From assembly GCA_046331705.1 (NCBI GenBank), contig JAXLQJ010000015.1, positions 62,001 through 126,000 on the forward strand: a stretch of 64,000 nucleotides of DNA. Direction: 5' to 3'. The stretch's first letter is position 1. The number at the start of each line of letters is the position of its first letter. A program made the position numbers and the translations under genes. Below, piece by piece: positions 47,434 to 55,951 of the stretch. Below the pieces are notes generated by a model that saw only the letters and a program-made list of their open reading frames with translations, searched no databases and was not told the DNA's origin. This stretch comes from a bacterium. GTDB taxonomy: Bacteria; JADJOY01.

Positions 47434-47667
47434 CTGCTTGTCGAAAAGCTCACCGGTGCGAGCATCTCGCGCCTGCCGGTGCGTTCTCGGGGGTTCGATC
47501 CGGACCCTTGCGCCGCAAGAGCGCGGGGTATTCGCGGTTCTGCCCCGAGACCTCGTTCCAGGTTGGCGATGATGCCGTCGTGCGTTTGGAACGTGTCGTT
47601 GCGGTCTCGCTCGCCGACGCGCGGATGGTCACGCTCTCCACTTCTCGTTGCAGATTCCGACCAGCGC

Positions 47668-48021
47668 TCACTCGCGCTCGAGCTCGAGGAACCAACGAAG
47701 GCCTTCATCGACCGTGCGCATGACGGGTTGTGGTAGGGCGCCGACGACCTCGTCGAGGTCGCTCTTGTTGATCGTCGCGATCTGCGACGCGTTGACGACG
47801 GAGTCCTTGGGCAGGCCGCTCGCGCGCCGCGGCAGCAAGACATTCCCCGGAGCACGCGCGAGCCGCAGATTGCTCGTCAGCGCAGCCACGACGACCGTTT
47901 CGATCCTGCTTCGATTCACTTCATCACGCTGCAGCACGAGCACTGGATGGCGGTAACCCGGCTCCGCGCCCCGGTGTGAGCCGAGATCGGCCCACCAGAT
48001 CTGGCCGCGACGGATCACCAT
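47668..48021 (-). CDS. mazF: PemK/MazF family toxin
   Basis: IRRGQIWWADL..GAEPGYRHPVLVLQ..N.SRI, LTSN, GLPKDSVVNASQI. Confidence 0.93.
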   Translation of the reverse strand: MVIRRGQIWWADLGSHRGAEPGYRHPVLVLQRDEVNRSRIETVVVAALTSNLRLARAPGNVLLPRRASGLPKDSVVNASQIATINKSDLDEVVGALPQPVMRTVDEGLRWFLELERE

Positions 48022-48269
48022 TCGTGACTGTCACGCAGACGCGCCTTGCTGCGCTCTCGCAGCGCTCGCGCTCCCGGATCGGCTCCGGGCTGTCCTGCGC
48101 CGGCGATCACTTCGTTCCACGCTGCTGTCGCATCCGGCGGCTCTTGCCGCCGCGCCAGAAACTCGCGTGCAGCAGTCGCGAGCAGACGACTTCGCGAAAC
48201 GTGCATTCGTTTTGCACAGGCATCGATCGCATCGAAGAGATCGTCGGGCAGCGAGATGGCGGTCTTCAT
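48015..48269 (-). CDS. Ribbon-helix-helix antitoxin (ChpI/MazE-like)
   Basis: MKTAISLPDDLF...SRSRL..AAREFL; overlaps the mazF start. Confidence 0.88.
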   Translation of the reverse strand: MKTAISLPDDLFDAIDACAKRMHVSRSRLLATAAREFLARRQEPPDATAAWNEVIAGAGQPGADPGARALRERSKARLRDSHEW

Positions 48270-48273
48270 GCCA

Positions 48274-48295
48274 CGAGTATTACCAGTACTACTCG
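48274..48295. promoter_or_regulatory. Putative mazEF operator
   Basis: Inverted repeat CGAGTA-N10-TACTCG immediately upstream of the antitoxin ATG. Confidence 0.5.
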
Positions 48296-48340
48296 CGGCC
48301 CAGCAAGCGACCGCCGACAGCAACGGTCCCGCCTTGGCAA

Positions 48341-48490
48341 CGTTCGTGTGGTCGATCCGTCGCGGGCGAGGTGGCGGGGCCGCCGCGTCATCGCCTGCCG
48401 GATGTATGCCGCCCCGCCGGATTCCGCTCGCGCATCACGATCCGATGTCCGACGACGAAGCGTGCGCGCGGATCGTGGCGGCGGCGACGA
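48341..48490 (+). pseudogene. Decayed duplicate of the 3' end of the DEDDh exonuclease gene
   Basis: Aligns by eye to about 47260-47410 (cacgatccgatgtccgacg...gcgtgcgcgcggatcgtgg shared). Encodes fragments PRHRLPDVCR and RIPLAHHDPMSDDEACARIV in different frames. Confidence 0.85.
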
Positions 48491-48534
48491 GTGCCGATCG
48501 CGCGCGGAGCGGGTGCTGCGTTTCAGCCTGCGGC

Positions 48535-49893
48535 TCAGGTGGATGCGGCCCTGGCGCGCGCGGCGCGGGCGCGGCGTGCGCTGGCGAGGTCGGAGGGCGC
48601 GCTGCGCGTCCGCGAGCTGCCGGTCGCGGACGACGCGGCCATCGAGCGCTTGGGCTTGCGCCGGTCCTGGTTGAATCCGATCTCGTTCAGGAATCGGCCC
48701 ATGCGTCGCAGGTAGGCGCCGCGATCGAGATGGATGATGTGGCTGCCCGGGAACCAGTGGATGCGGCAGCGGCCCCAATGGTCCCAGAGCAGCCGCGAGT
48801 GCTTGGGCGGCGCGAGCCGGTCGCCGACGCCGCCGATGATCATGAGGCGTTCGCGATCGAGCACCGGGCGGTAGGTGAGGGGGCTGGTGACGGCGAGCGC
48901 CTTGCGCACCTTCTTGATCGAGGTGCCGGTGACGAGCATGGCGGCACGCATGATCGAACCGATGGGCTCCCACTCGAGCACCAGGTCCGCGAGGCTCGAG
49001 AGCGGCACGTTGGGGATCGAGAATTTGAGCCGTGGCTCGGTGGCGGCGAGGAGCGCCGAGGTGAAGCCACCGAGGCTGATGCCGGTGACGCCGATCTGTT
49101 CCACGCCGCGCTCGTTCTGAAGCCAGCTCACGCAGGTGCGGATGTCCATCACCGCCTGACCGAAGGCTTCGTTCACCCACGACAGCCCGCCCGAAAAGAA
49201 CCCCTGTCCGCTCAGGACCGAGCCACGTCCCTGGCGGCGCCCGTGGAAGGGCAGCGTCACCAGCAGCACGTCGCAGCCGATGCCGTAGAACCAAGGCAGC
49301 GCGAACATCCACTGGTTGATCCAGTAGGGCTCGGCGCCGAAACCGTGGACCGCGATGATCGTGGGGCGCGGTCCGTGCTTGTGGCGCCAATGGCGGGCGC
49401 GGGCGACGGCGTTCGAGCGGTGCGAGAGGTAGCGCTCGCGGATGCGCTCGTTGAGCGGCACGTAGGCACTCTCGAAGCTCAGGTCCTCGCACGTGCCGCC
49501 GCGCGCGCGAAACGCGGTGAGGCCGGCCTTGGCGCTCGTCATCTCGATCGACGCGGGCGGCTCGCGGAAGAAGGCCCGCGGGTCGCGGCTCTCGGCGAGG
49601 GGCTCGTAGATCCGGCGCTCGTCGAGCATCTGCTTGAGGGCGTTCGGGCGGTAGCCGACCGGCACGGTGAGCGGGGTCAGCAGCGCCGCCATCGAGGTGC
49701 GCAGCAACACGTCGAGCGCGGCGGTGGCGCGTACCTGCACCAGATCGCGGACGCCGAGGTCGAAGCCCTCGGGGCGCTCGTAGAAGTTGCTCTCGAGATG
49801 GTCCCACCACGGCCCCTCGGGCATGATCGACGGCGCGTGCAGGATCGAGTCGTGTGCGATCCTCGAAACGACGGACGAGGTGGACATGGGCAC
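48535..49893 (-). CDS. Alpha/beta hydrolase family protein
   Basis: VHGFG, LPFHGRR, GISLGG, GDRLAP, FPGSH. Confidence 0.88.
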   Translation of the reverse strand: MPMSTSSVVSRIAHDSILHAPSIMPEGPWWDHLESNFYERPEGFDLGVRDLVQVRATAALDVLLRTSMAALLTPLTVPVGYRPNALKQMLDERRIYEPLAESRDPRAFFREPPASIEMTSAKAGLTAFRARGGTCEDLSFESAYVPLNERIRERYLSHRSNAVARARHWRHKHGPRPTIIAVHGFGAEPYWINQWMFALPWFYGIGCDVLLVTLPFHGRRQGRGSVLSGQGFFSGGLSWVNEAFGQAVMDIRTCVSWLQNERGVEQIGVTGISLGGFTSALLAATEPRLKFSIPNVPLSSLADLVLEWEPIGSIMRAAMLVTGTSIKKVRKALAVTSPLTYRPVLDRERLMIIGGVGDRLAPPKHSRLLWDHWGRCRIHWFPGSHIIHLDRGAYLRRMGRFLNEIGFNQDRRKPKRSMAASSATGSSRTRSAPSDLASARRARAARARAAST

Positions 49894-49955
49894 GCTCCGG
49901 GTGAGAGGTCGATGAGGCCGTAGATGTCTCGCTCGAATCGGTGCCGAGATTCAAG

Positions 49956-50360
49956 ATGCCGAAAGGGATCGATTCTCAGTCTCAAAGAGACCGCCTGCTC
50001 GCGGCCGTGCTCACGGTGGCGTTGGCCGGGGTGATCGTGACGCCGCTCTGCGGCGCGCTCTTCGGCTGCGGCTGCACGTGGCCGTGGGCGGGGCTCGATC
50101 GGCACTGCAACGTCCACGATCCGAGCGACCCGGCGCATTGCCCGTGGTGCGTGCGTCCCGCCGTGGCGGCGCTCACGTTCGTGGCCGCCGCCAGCCTCGG
50201 GGCGAGTGCCGCATGGGCGCTGCCTCGCGGGCGCCTGCGTCGCTGGCACGCGCTGCTCGCGCGCACCGGCGTCGGGTTGCTCGTCCATGCGTTGGCGTCC
50301 ACGGTGGGTGCTGCATGGATCGCGCACGCCGCCGGATATCCGCACTTCTTGGGCGGTTGA
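49956..50360 (+). CDS. Hypothetical small membrane protein with Cys/His-rich loop
   Basis: Three hydrophobic segments; CGALFGCGCTWPWAG...HCNVH...HCPWC; ends GYPHFLGG. Start uncertain. Confidence 0.7.
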   Translation: MPKGIDSQSQRDRLLAAVLTVALAGVIVTPLCGALFGCGCTWPWAGLDRHCNVHDPSDPAHCPWCVRPAVAALTFVAAASLGASAAWALPRGRLRRWHALLARTGVGLLVHALASTVGAAWIAHAAGYPHFLGG

Positions 50361-50400
50361 ACGAGGTGGACGGCAGCGCGGCGGGCTGGGTCGCGCGCGC

Positions 50401-52113
50401 TCACGGCGCGCGGGGAACGACCTCGTAGCGCGCCAGATACCACGCGTGAATGGGTGCGCACCCCGGCGCGGGATCACCCGGGCGGCGCTCGAGCAGCGGT
50501 GCCTCGGACGGCGCATCGCGGCAGTCGACGAGCTCGATCAGCTCGCGCGCCTCGGCGCCGGGAACGTGCGCGATCGAGGGCCGCGACGAGACCAACCAGA
50601 AGCCGCCGGCGCGCGTCACGTCGCCCCAGCTCAGCGGCGCTTGTGCCGCACGCATCGTGAGCTCCGAGGGACGCGCGGCGCCGGGCCATTGGCCGATCGC
50701 GATCCGTGGGTCGTGGAAGCGCACCATCGACACGAGCTGGTAGGTCGTGCCGAAGACCGGGTGATCGAGGTGCGCGAGCCGCCGCGCGAGGCGATCGAAG
50801 CCGTGGGTCTCGCGCAGGACGCGGTCCTGGCCGAGCGGGATCGGGAGCCACGGCGCGCGGGCGTGGGTCGCCAGCAAGCCCAGCGCGAGGGCGTTCGCGC
50901 TCACCGCGAGCACGAATCCGCGCGGGCGTCGACGGACGAAGGGCGCGAGCAAGAGCGAGGCGCCGACCAGGTAAGGCGCTGGCCAGTGAAGCTCGGCGCG
51001 CGAGAAGAAGCTCGCGACCCAGAACACGCCGAGCGGCACCACCGTCGCCGCCGCGAGCAGCGGGCGCATTCGCGGATCGATCGAATCATCGTTTCGCGGC
51101 CGCTCCTGTGCGTCGCCCGTGGCGCCCGATGCGGCGCCGGTGCGGCGCACGGCCTCCACCAGCGCGCCCGCCAGCGGGACGAGCAGAAATCCCCACAGCG
51201 CGAGCTCGCCGGCCACGTAGTCGCGCACCCGACCGAAGGGCTTGCGCCACGCGCGCTCCGCGGGTGGCCGCTGGTGGTAGCGGGTGTCCGCGGGAACCAG
51301 CGCGGAGGTCAGCGCGTTCTCGGGGCCCGCCTCGCGCGGTGGCTCGGCCCGCGGCAGCGCCTCGTTCTCGCCGCTCGCCACGCGATGACTGCCCGCGAGC
51401 CCGTGACCGAGCTGGAACGCGATCGTCTGCCAGCCATGGGTCGCGTTCCAGTGAAGCTGCGGGCTCCACACCGCCAGGGCGACGAGGCCGCCCAGATAGG
51501 GCCAGCGGGTGGCGAGCGCGCGGCGATCCGCTCGCCACATCGCCCACAGGAACACCGGGCCGATCAGCACCACGGGGTACTTGCTCCACAGGCCGAGCCC
51601 GGTCGCCAACCCGGCGCTGACCCATCGGCTGCGCGCGCCGCGCAGTGCCCGTGCGGCCTCCGCGAGCGCCAGCGTCCAGGTCGCGAGCAAGGGCGCGTCG
51701 GGCGTCGCGATGAATCCGAGCCCCAGCGCCAGCAAGCTGCCGAAGCGCAGCAGCAGCGCCGCGCCACGCGTCCGCGGATCGCCGAGACCGGTGGCGTCGA
51801 GGAGTCGCCGCATCGCGATCACCGAGATCGCCGCCACCACCAGCGTGCCGAGGCGCGCGGCGAGCGGGGATCCAGTCGCCAGGTGCGCCGTGGCGGCCAG
51901 CAGCGCCACCAGCGGCGGATGGTCGAGATAGCCGCGTGCGGGATGTGCGCTCCACGCGACGTAGTACGCCTCGTCGAGCACCACCGGCAGCAGCGCCGCC
52001 GCCGCCACCCACCAGCACCCGAGCGCCAGCACGACGACGCGCGCGCTTGGCGCGACTGCGGCGGAATCGGTGCTCGGCGGCTGGTCGGAGGACGCCACGA
52101 CGCGCGTGAGCAT
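50401..52113 (-). CDS. Glycosyltransferase family 39 (ArnT/PMT-like)
   Basis: DEAYY..W, GYLDHPPL, TPDAPL, GLGLWSKY, WNATHGW, HWPAP; multiple TM segments. Confidence 0.9.
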   Translation of the reverse strand: MLTRVVASSDQPPSTDSAAVAPSARVVVLALGCWWVAAAALLPVVLDEAYYVAWSAHPARGYLDHPPLVALLAATAHLATGSPLAARLGTLVVAAISVIAMRRLLDATGLGDPRTRGAALLLRFGSLLALGLGFIATPDAPLLATWTLALAEAARALRGARSRWVSAGLATGLGLWSKYPVVLIGPVFLWAMWRADRRALATRWPYLGGLVALAVWSPQLHWNATHGWQTIAFQLGHGLAGSHRVASGENEALPRAEPPREAGPENALTSALVPADTRYHQRPPAERAWRKPFGRVRDYVAGELALWGFLLVPLAGALVEAVRRTGAASGATGDAQERPRNDDSIDPRMRPLLAAATVVPLGVFWVASFFSRAELHWPAPYLVGASLLLAPFVRRRPRGFVLAVSANALALGLLATHARAPWLPIPLGQDRVLRETHGFDRLARRLAHLDHPVFGTTYQLVSMVRFHDPRIAIGQWPGAARPSELTMRAAQAPLSWGDVTRAGGFWLVSSRPSIAHVPGAEARELIELVDCRDAPSEAPLLERRPGDPAPGCAPIHAWYLARYEVVPRAP

Positions 52114-52293
52114 CGTCGCGCGCGCGCGCGGCGGACAAGTGCGCGTGGGCCGCGCCGTGCGTGGAGATGCCGCTCCGTGGCATGCGGCGTCACGCACCGG
52201 ATCCGGCGAGATGCGAGCGCGGCGCGACTTCTGTAGCGTGGTCGTGTATCGAACGTGTGAGCGCGCCCGCTGTCGCGGCGCGGGGGCGGGGGC

Positions 52294-53286
52294 ATGGCCA
52301 GACCAGATCGGAACGTGGTGGGCGCGGCGGAGTCGCGCCAGCAAGCGCACGCAGCAGTGCCGCAGGAAGTCGATCCGTTCGCGGCGTTCGCGACGGAAGT
52401 CTCGTTCCCCACGTGCCTGGCCTGTGGCGCGCCCGTGCAGCAGCGGGCCATCGTGCTCGCGAACGGGGCCTACTCGCGATGCTCACGCTGCGGCCTCGAG
52501 TCGCTCGATCCCTTGCCGACCGACGTCGGCACCAAGCGCCTCTTCGTGCAGGGGTACTTCCAGGGGCAGGTCCCCGGTGGCTACGCCGATTACGACGCCG
52601 ACGGCCCGCTTCACCAGGCCAATGCCGCGGCGCGACTGGCGCTGGTCCGCCGATATCTCGGGGACGCCGCCCCCGAGGCGGTGTTGGACGTCGGTTGCGC
52701 CGTCGGCCACTTCCTGGCGGCCGCCGCGGCGAACGGCGCACGCGTGGTGGGAGTGGACGTCTCGAAGTGGGCGCGCGACGAGGCACGACGTCGCCACGGC
52801 ATCGAGGCCGAGCGGTCGATCGCCGACGTCGCCGTCCACTCGCCAGGCGTGTTCGACGTGGTGACCTTCTTCCAGTCGCTGGAGCACATGTCGCGTCCCG
52901 ACCTGGCGCTCGCCACCGCGCGCAGCTGCCTGAGGCCCGGGGGGCTTCTGGTGATCGAGACCTGGGACGCGGGCAGCACGCTGGCTCGGTGGCAGGGCAA
53001 GTCTTGGCAGCAGATGAACCCGCCCACCGTGGTTCACTTGTTCACCCGGCCTTGTCTCGACGTGATGCTCGTTCACGCGGGCTTCGCACCGGTCGCGATC
53101 GAGGTGACGGGCAAGCTCGTGAGCGCGGGGCTCGTCCTGCACATCCTGGCGGGAAAGTTCCCGCGTTCACTGGGTTGGCTCGATCGGCTGGCGCGCTGGC
53201 CGGCGGTGGCGCGGCTGCGCATTCGCTATCGCCTCGGCGATCTCGTCACGGTGGTCGCGCGCGCGTCCGCGACGCCCGCGGCTTGA
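52294..53286 (+). CDS. Class I SAM-dependent methyltransferase with N-terminal Zn-ribbon
   Basis: CLAC..CSRC, VLDVGCAVG, GVDVS, FDVV..SLEH, LRPGG. Confidence 0.9.
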   Translation: MARPDRNVVGAAESRQQAHAAVPQEVDPFAAFATEVSFPTCLACGAPVQQRAIVLANGAYSRCSRCGLESLDPLPTDVGTKRLFVQGYFQGQVPGGYADYDADGPLHQANAAARLALVRRYLGDAAPEAVLDVGCAVGHFLAAAAANGARVVGVDVSKWARDEARRRHGIEAERSIADVAVHSPGVFDVVTFFQSLEHMSRPDLALATARSCLRPGGLLVIETWDAGSTLARWQGKSWQQMNPPTVVHLFTRPCLDVMLVHAGFAPVAIEVTGKLVSAGLVLHILAGKFPRSLGWLDRLARWPAVARLRIRYRLGDLVTVVARASATPAA

Positions 53287-53350
53287 GCTGACGCGCTCGA
53301 GCGCGCATCTTCTGGCGCCGCTCTCGTAGCCGACCGAGCCGCGCCCGCGC

Positions 53351-54436
53351 ATGACCGCGCCCTCCTCCTCTCGCTCGACTCCGCTCGGATTGGCGCTCGT
53401 GCTCGCGGGCGCGCTCGCTGGCGTGCTCGTGGGTGAGCTCTTCTTTCGCGCCATCGCGGAGGTTCGGCCGCCGCTGGTCGAGGCGGAGGACGGGATCGCG
53501 TGGTTTCGCGCGCACGATCCCACCACCCTCGTCCTCGGCTCGAGCCACGCGCGCGCGTTCTTGCCCCTCGACGAGATGCTCGAGCGCGAAGCGGCGGCGA
53601 ACCCGGGCTCGCACGCGGAGCGGGTGGCCGTCATCTCGCTCGAGTACGGCACGCTCACGTCCTACCGCTGGCTGGTCACCCAGAAGCTCGTGCCGCTCCT
53701 CGACGCGCGCGCGGCCGGGGGGGGCCGTCCGTCGCTGGCCCGGGCGATCCTGGTCACCGATTGGTGGGACGCGTGCAGTCGCGCGCAGGGGCCGGCCTCG
53801 ACCAACCTGCCGGCGCGGGTGTGGGGATTCAGCGACTTTGCCCGCGACCTCGCGGCGCACGGGCTCACCGACTACAACTCGAGCTACCCGCAGGCCCGGC
53901 TCGATCGCTGGTTCCGCGGCTCGGTGCTGGTGCGCTCGCGCGGGCACGAGCACCTCGTGAACGCGCTGCGGCAGCTCATCAAGAAGAAGACCGACGCCGA
54001 GCGGCGCGCCGACCTGCAAGGTGCCATCGATGCCTGGCGCGACATGGTCGAGGCGGGTGCCGGGTGCGAGGACCCGATCCAGCGCCAGGCCCTCGACGAT
54101 CTCGTGAATCTCTTCGCGGGCCGCGGCGTCGAGGTCACGCTGCTGCTCTATCCGCGCATGCCCGCCACCATCAGCGAGCGCGCGAAGACGCTGACGCTCG
54201 ATCCCTTCTCGCGGTGGGCGTCCGATTACGCCGCGCGCAAGGGTGTCCGCTTCCTGGACCTGTCGCTCGCGACGCCGATGGACGACGGCGACTGGGAGAC
54301 CGATCTCGACCACGTGACGGCCGCGGGCGCGCGCAAGTTCTCGGCGTGGGCGCTCGCCGGACCGCTGGCGTTCCTGCGCGAGCCCCCGCCGGCACCCTCC
54401 GCAGCGGCCGCGACGCCACCCGGAGGCGCCTCGTGA
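53351..54436 (+). CDS. Membrane-anchored SGNH-like protein (MBOAT partner)
   Basis: N-terminal TM, LGSSH, C-terminal DLDH...GA; GTGA-coupled to the MBOAT gene. Confidence 0.7.
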   Translation: MTAPSSSRSTPLGLALVLAGALAGVLVGELFFRAIAEVRPPLVEAEDGIAWFRAHDPTTLVLGSSHARAFLPLDEMLEREAAANPGSHAERVAVISLEYGTLTSYRWLVTQKLVPLLDARAAGGGRPSLARAILVTDWWDACSRAQGPASTNLPARVWGFSDFARDLAAHGLTDYNSSYPQARLDRWFRGSVLVRSRGHEHLVNALRQLIKKKTDAERRADLQGAIDAWRDMVEAGAGCEDPIQRQALDDLVNLFAGRGVEVTLLLYPRMPATISERAKTLTLDPFSRWASDYAARKGVRFLDLSLATPMDDGDWETDLDHVTAAGARKFSAWALAGPLAFLREPPPAPSAAAATPPGGAS

Positions 54437-55920
54437 TCTTCGGCGGCGCGGGTTTCGCGTTCTTCTTCCCGCTGGTGTGGCTTCTCCACTGGCTCGCGCC
54501 GCGTCGCGCAGCGAGCCAGAACGGCGTGCTGCTCGCGGCCAGCTACGCGTTCATCTGGTCGTGGAATCCCAAGCTCCTGGCCGTGTTCGTCCTGTCCACG
54601 GCCGTGAACTTCCTGGTGGCGCTCCGCCTCGAGCCGCTCGACGGGGCGGCCGCGAGCGATCCCGGGCAGGCGCGGCGGGTCCGTCGCGCCCTCGCGTTCG
54701 GCATCGGCTGGGATCTGCTGCAATTGGTGGTGTTCAAGTACCTGGGCTTCTTCGCCACGTCCTTGAACGAGCTGCTGGGGGTGATCGGCGTCTCGGCGCG
54801 GCTACCCGTGGTGCGCGTGGTGGCGCTGGTGGGGCTCTCGTTCTGGACGCTCACCAAGATCGGCTACTTGATCGACGTCCAGTACGGCCGCATCCGCGCG
54901 TGCCGCTCGCCGCTCGCGTTCGCGACCTTCGTGGCGTTCTTCCCGCAGCTCATGGCGGGCCCGATCGTGCGCGGCCGCACGCTGCTGCCCCAGTACGAGG
55001 CGCCGCGCGCGCTCACGCTGGATGCGGTTCGATCCGGCGCGGGCCTCTTCTTCCTGGGCTTCTTCATGAAGTTCTACGTGGCCGACTATCTGGGACACTG
55101 GATCGTCGACCCGGTGTTCACGAATCCAGCCAAGTGGAACGCGCTCAGCCACTGGCTCGCGCTGGTCGGGTTCGCGGTGCAAGTCTTCGACGATTTCGCG
55201 GGCTATAGCTTCATGGCGCTCGGTCTGGGCCGGCTGCTCGGCATCGAGCTACCGCTCAACTTCGACCATCCCTTCCGCGCCCGCGGCCTCATGGAGCTCT
55301 GGCGGCGCTGGCACATCACCCTCAACAACTGGCTCTTCGACTACCTCTACTACCCGCTCACCACGAGCCAGGGGGTCTTCCGCGGCAAGCTCGACCTCGG
55401 GTTCCTGGTGGTGTTCGCGGTCTCCGGCCTGTGGCACGGCGCCACCTGGATGTTCGTGCTGTGGGGCGCGCTCCAGGGTCTCGGCCTCACGGCGCAGCGC
55501 CGCTGGGACGAGCGGATGAAGCAGCTCTGCCGCAAGGACCGCGCGTGGGTCGCGCGCCGCAAGAGCGATCCCTACGCGCTGGCGGCGTGGGCGCTCACGA
55601 TGACGTTCTTCGTGCTGAGCCTGGTTCCCTTCCGCGCTCCCACGGCGAGCGCGGCGACGAGCTTCGCGAAGGGGCTCGTCGGGCTGCAGGGGTCGCGCTT
55701 CGTGGTGCAGGGCGGCGCCGCGACCTACTTCAACCTGCTGGTGTGCTTCGGCTTCGTCGCCGTCTACCACCTGCTCGATCTCGAGCGGCTGCGCGTGTGG
55801 CGCGAGCGGCTCTTCGCGCTGCCCGCGCCACTGCGCGGGTTCGCCTACGGTCTCGTGATCGTGTTCCTGCTGGTGTTCATGCCCGTGGGCGCTGGCACGT
55901 TCATCTACGCGAACTTCTGA
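54433..55920 (+). CDS. MBOAT family O-acyltransferase (AlgI/DltB-like)
   Basis: FKYLGFF, GLSFWT, FFPQLMAGPI, DFAGYS, NFDHP, WRRWHITL, GLWHGA. Confidence 0.94.
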   Translation: MIFGGAGFAFFFPLVWLLHWLAPRRAASQNGVLLAASYAFIWSWNPKLLAVFVLSTAVNFLVALRLEPLDGAAASDPGQARRVRRALAFGIGWDLLQLVVFKYLGFFATSLNELLGVIGVSARLPVVRVVALVGLSFWTLTKIGYLIDVQYGRIRACRSPLAFATFVAFFPQLMAGPIVRGRTLLPQYEAPRALTLDAVRSGAGLFFLGFFMKFYVADYLGHWIVDPVFTNPAKWNALSHWLALVGFAVQVFDDFAGYSFMALGLGRLLGIELPLNFDHPFRARGLMELWRRWHITLNNWLFDYLYYPLTTSQGVFRGKLDLGFLVVFAVSGLWHGATWMFVLWGALQGLGLTAQRRWDERMKQLCRKDRAWVARRKSDPYALAAWALTMTFFVLSLVPFRAPTASAATSFAKGLVGLQGSRFVVQGGAATYFNLLVCFGFVAVYHLLDLERLRVWRERLFALPAPLRGFAYGLVIVFLLVFMPVGAGTFIYANF

Positions 55921-55951
55921 CGTCGGGCTCACGGGGATCGATCGCGCGCGG

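Noticed and set aside
47485-47550. GGTTCGATCC resembling a tRNA T-loop inside a TCTCGGGG/CCCCGAGA inverted repeat
   Set aside because: The T-stem does not pair and there is no cloverleaf or CCA. At most a hairpin between convergent genes.
35234-48535. Autonomous mobile element carrying the CRISPR locus
   Set aside because: No integrase, transposase, tRNA or terminal repeats were found around the block.
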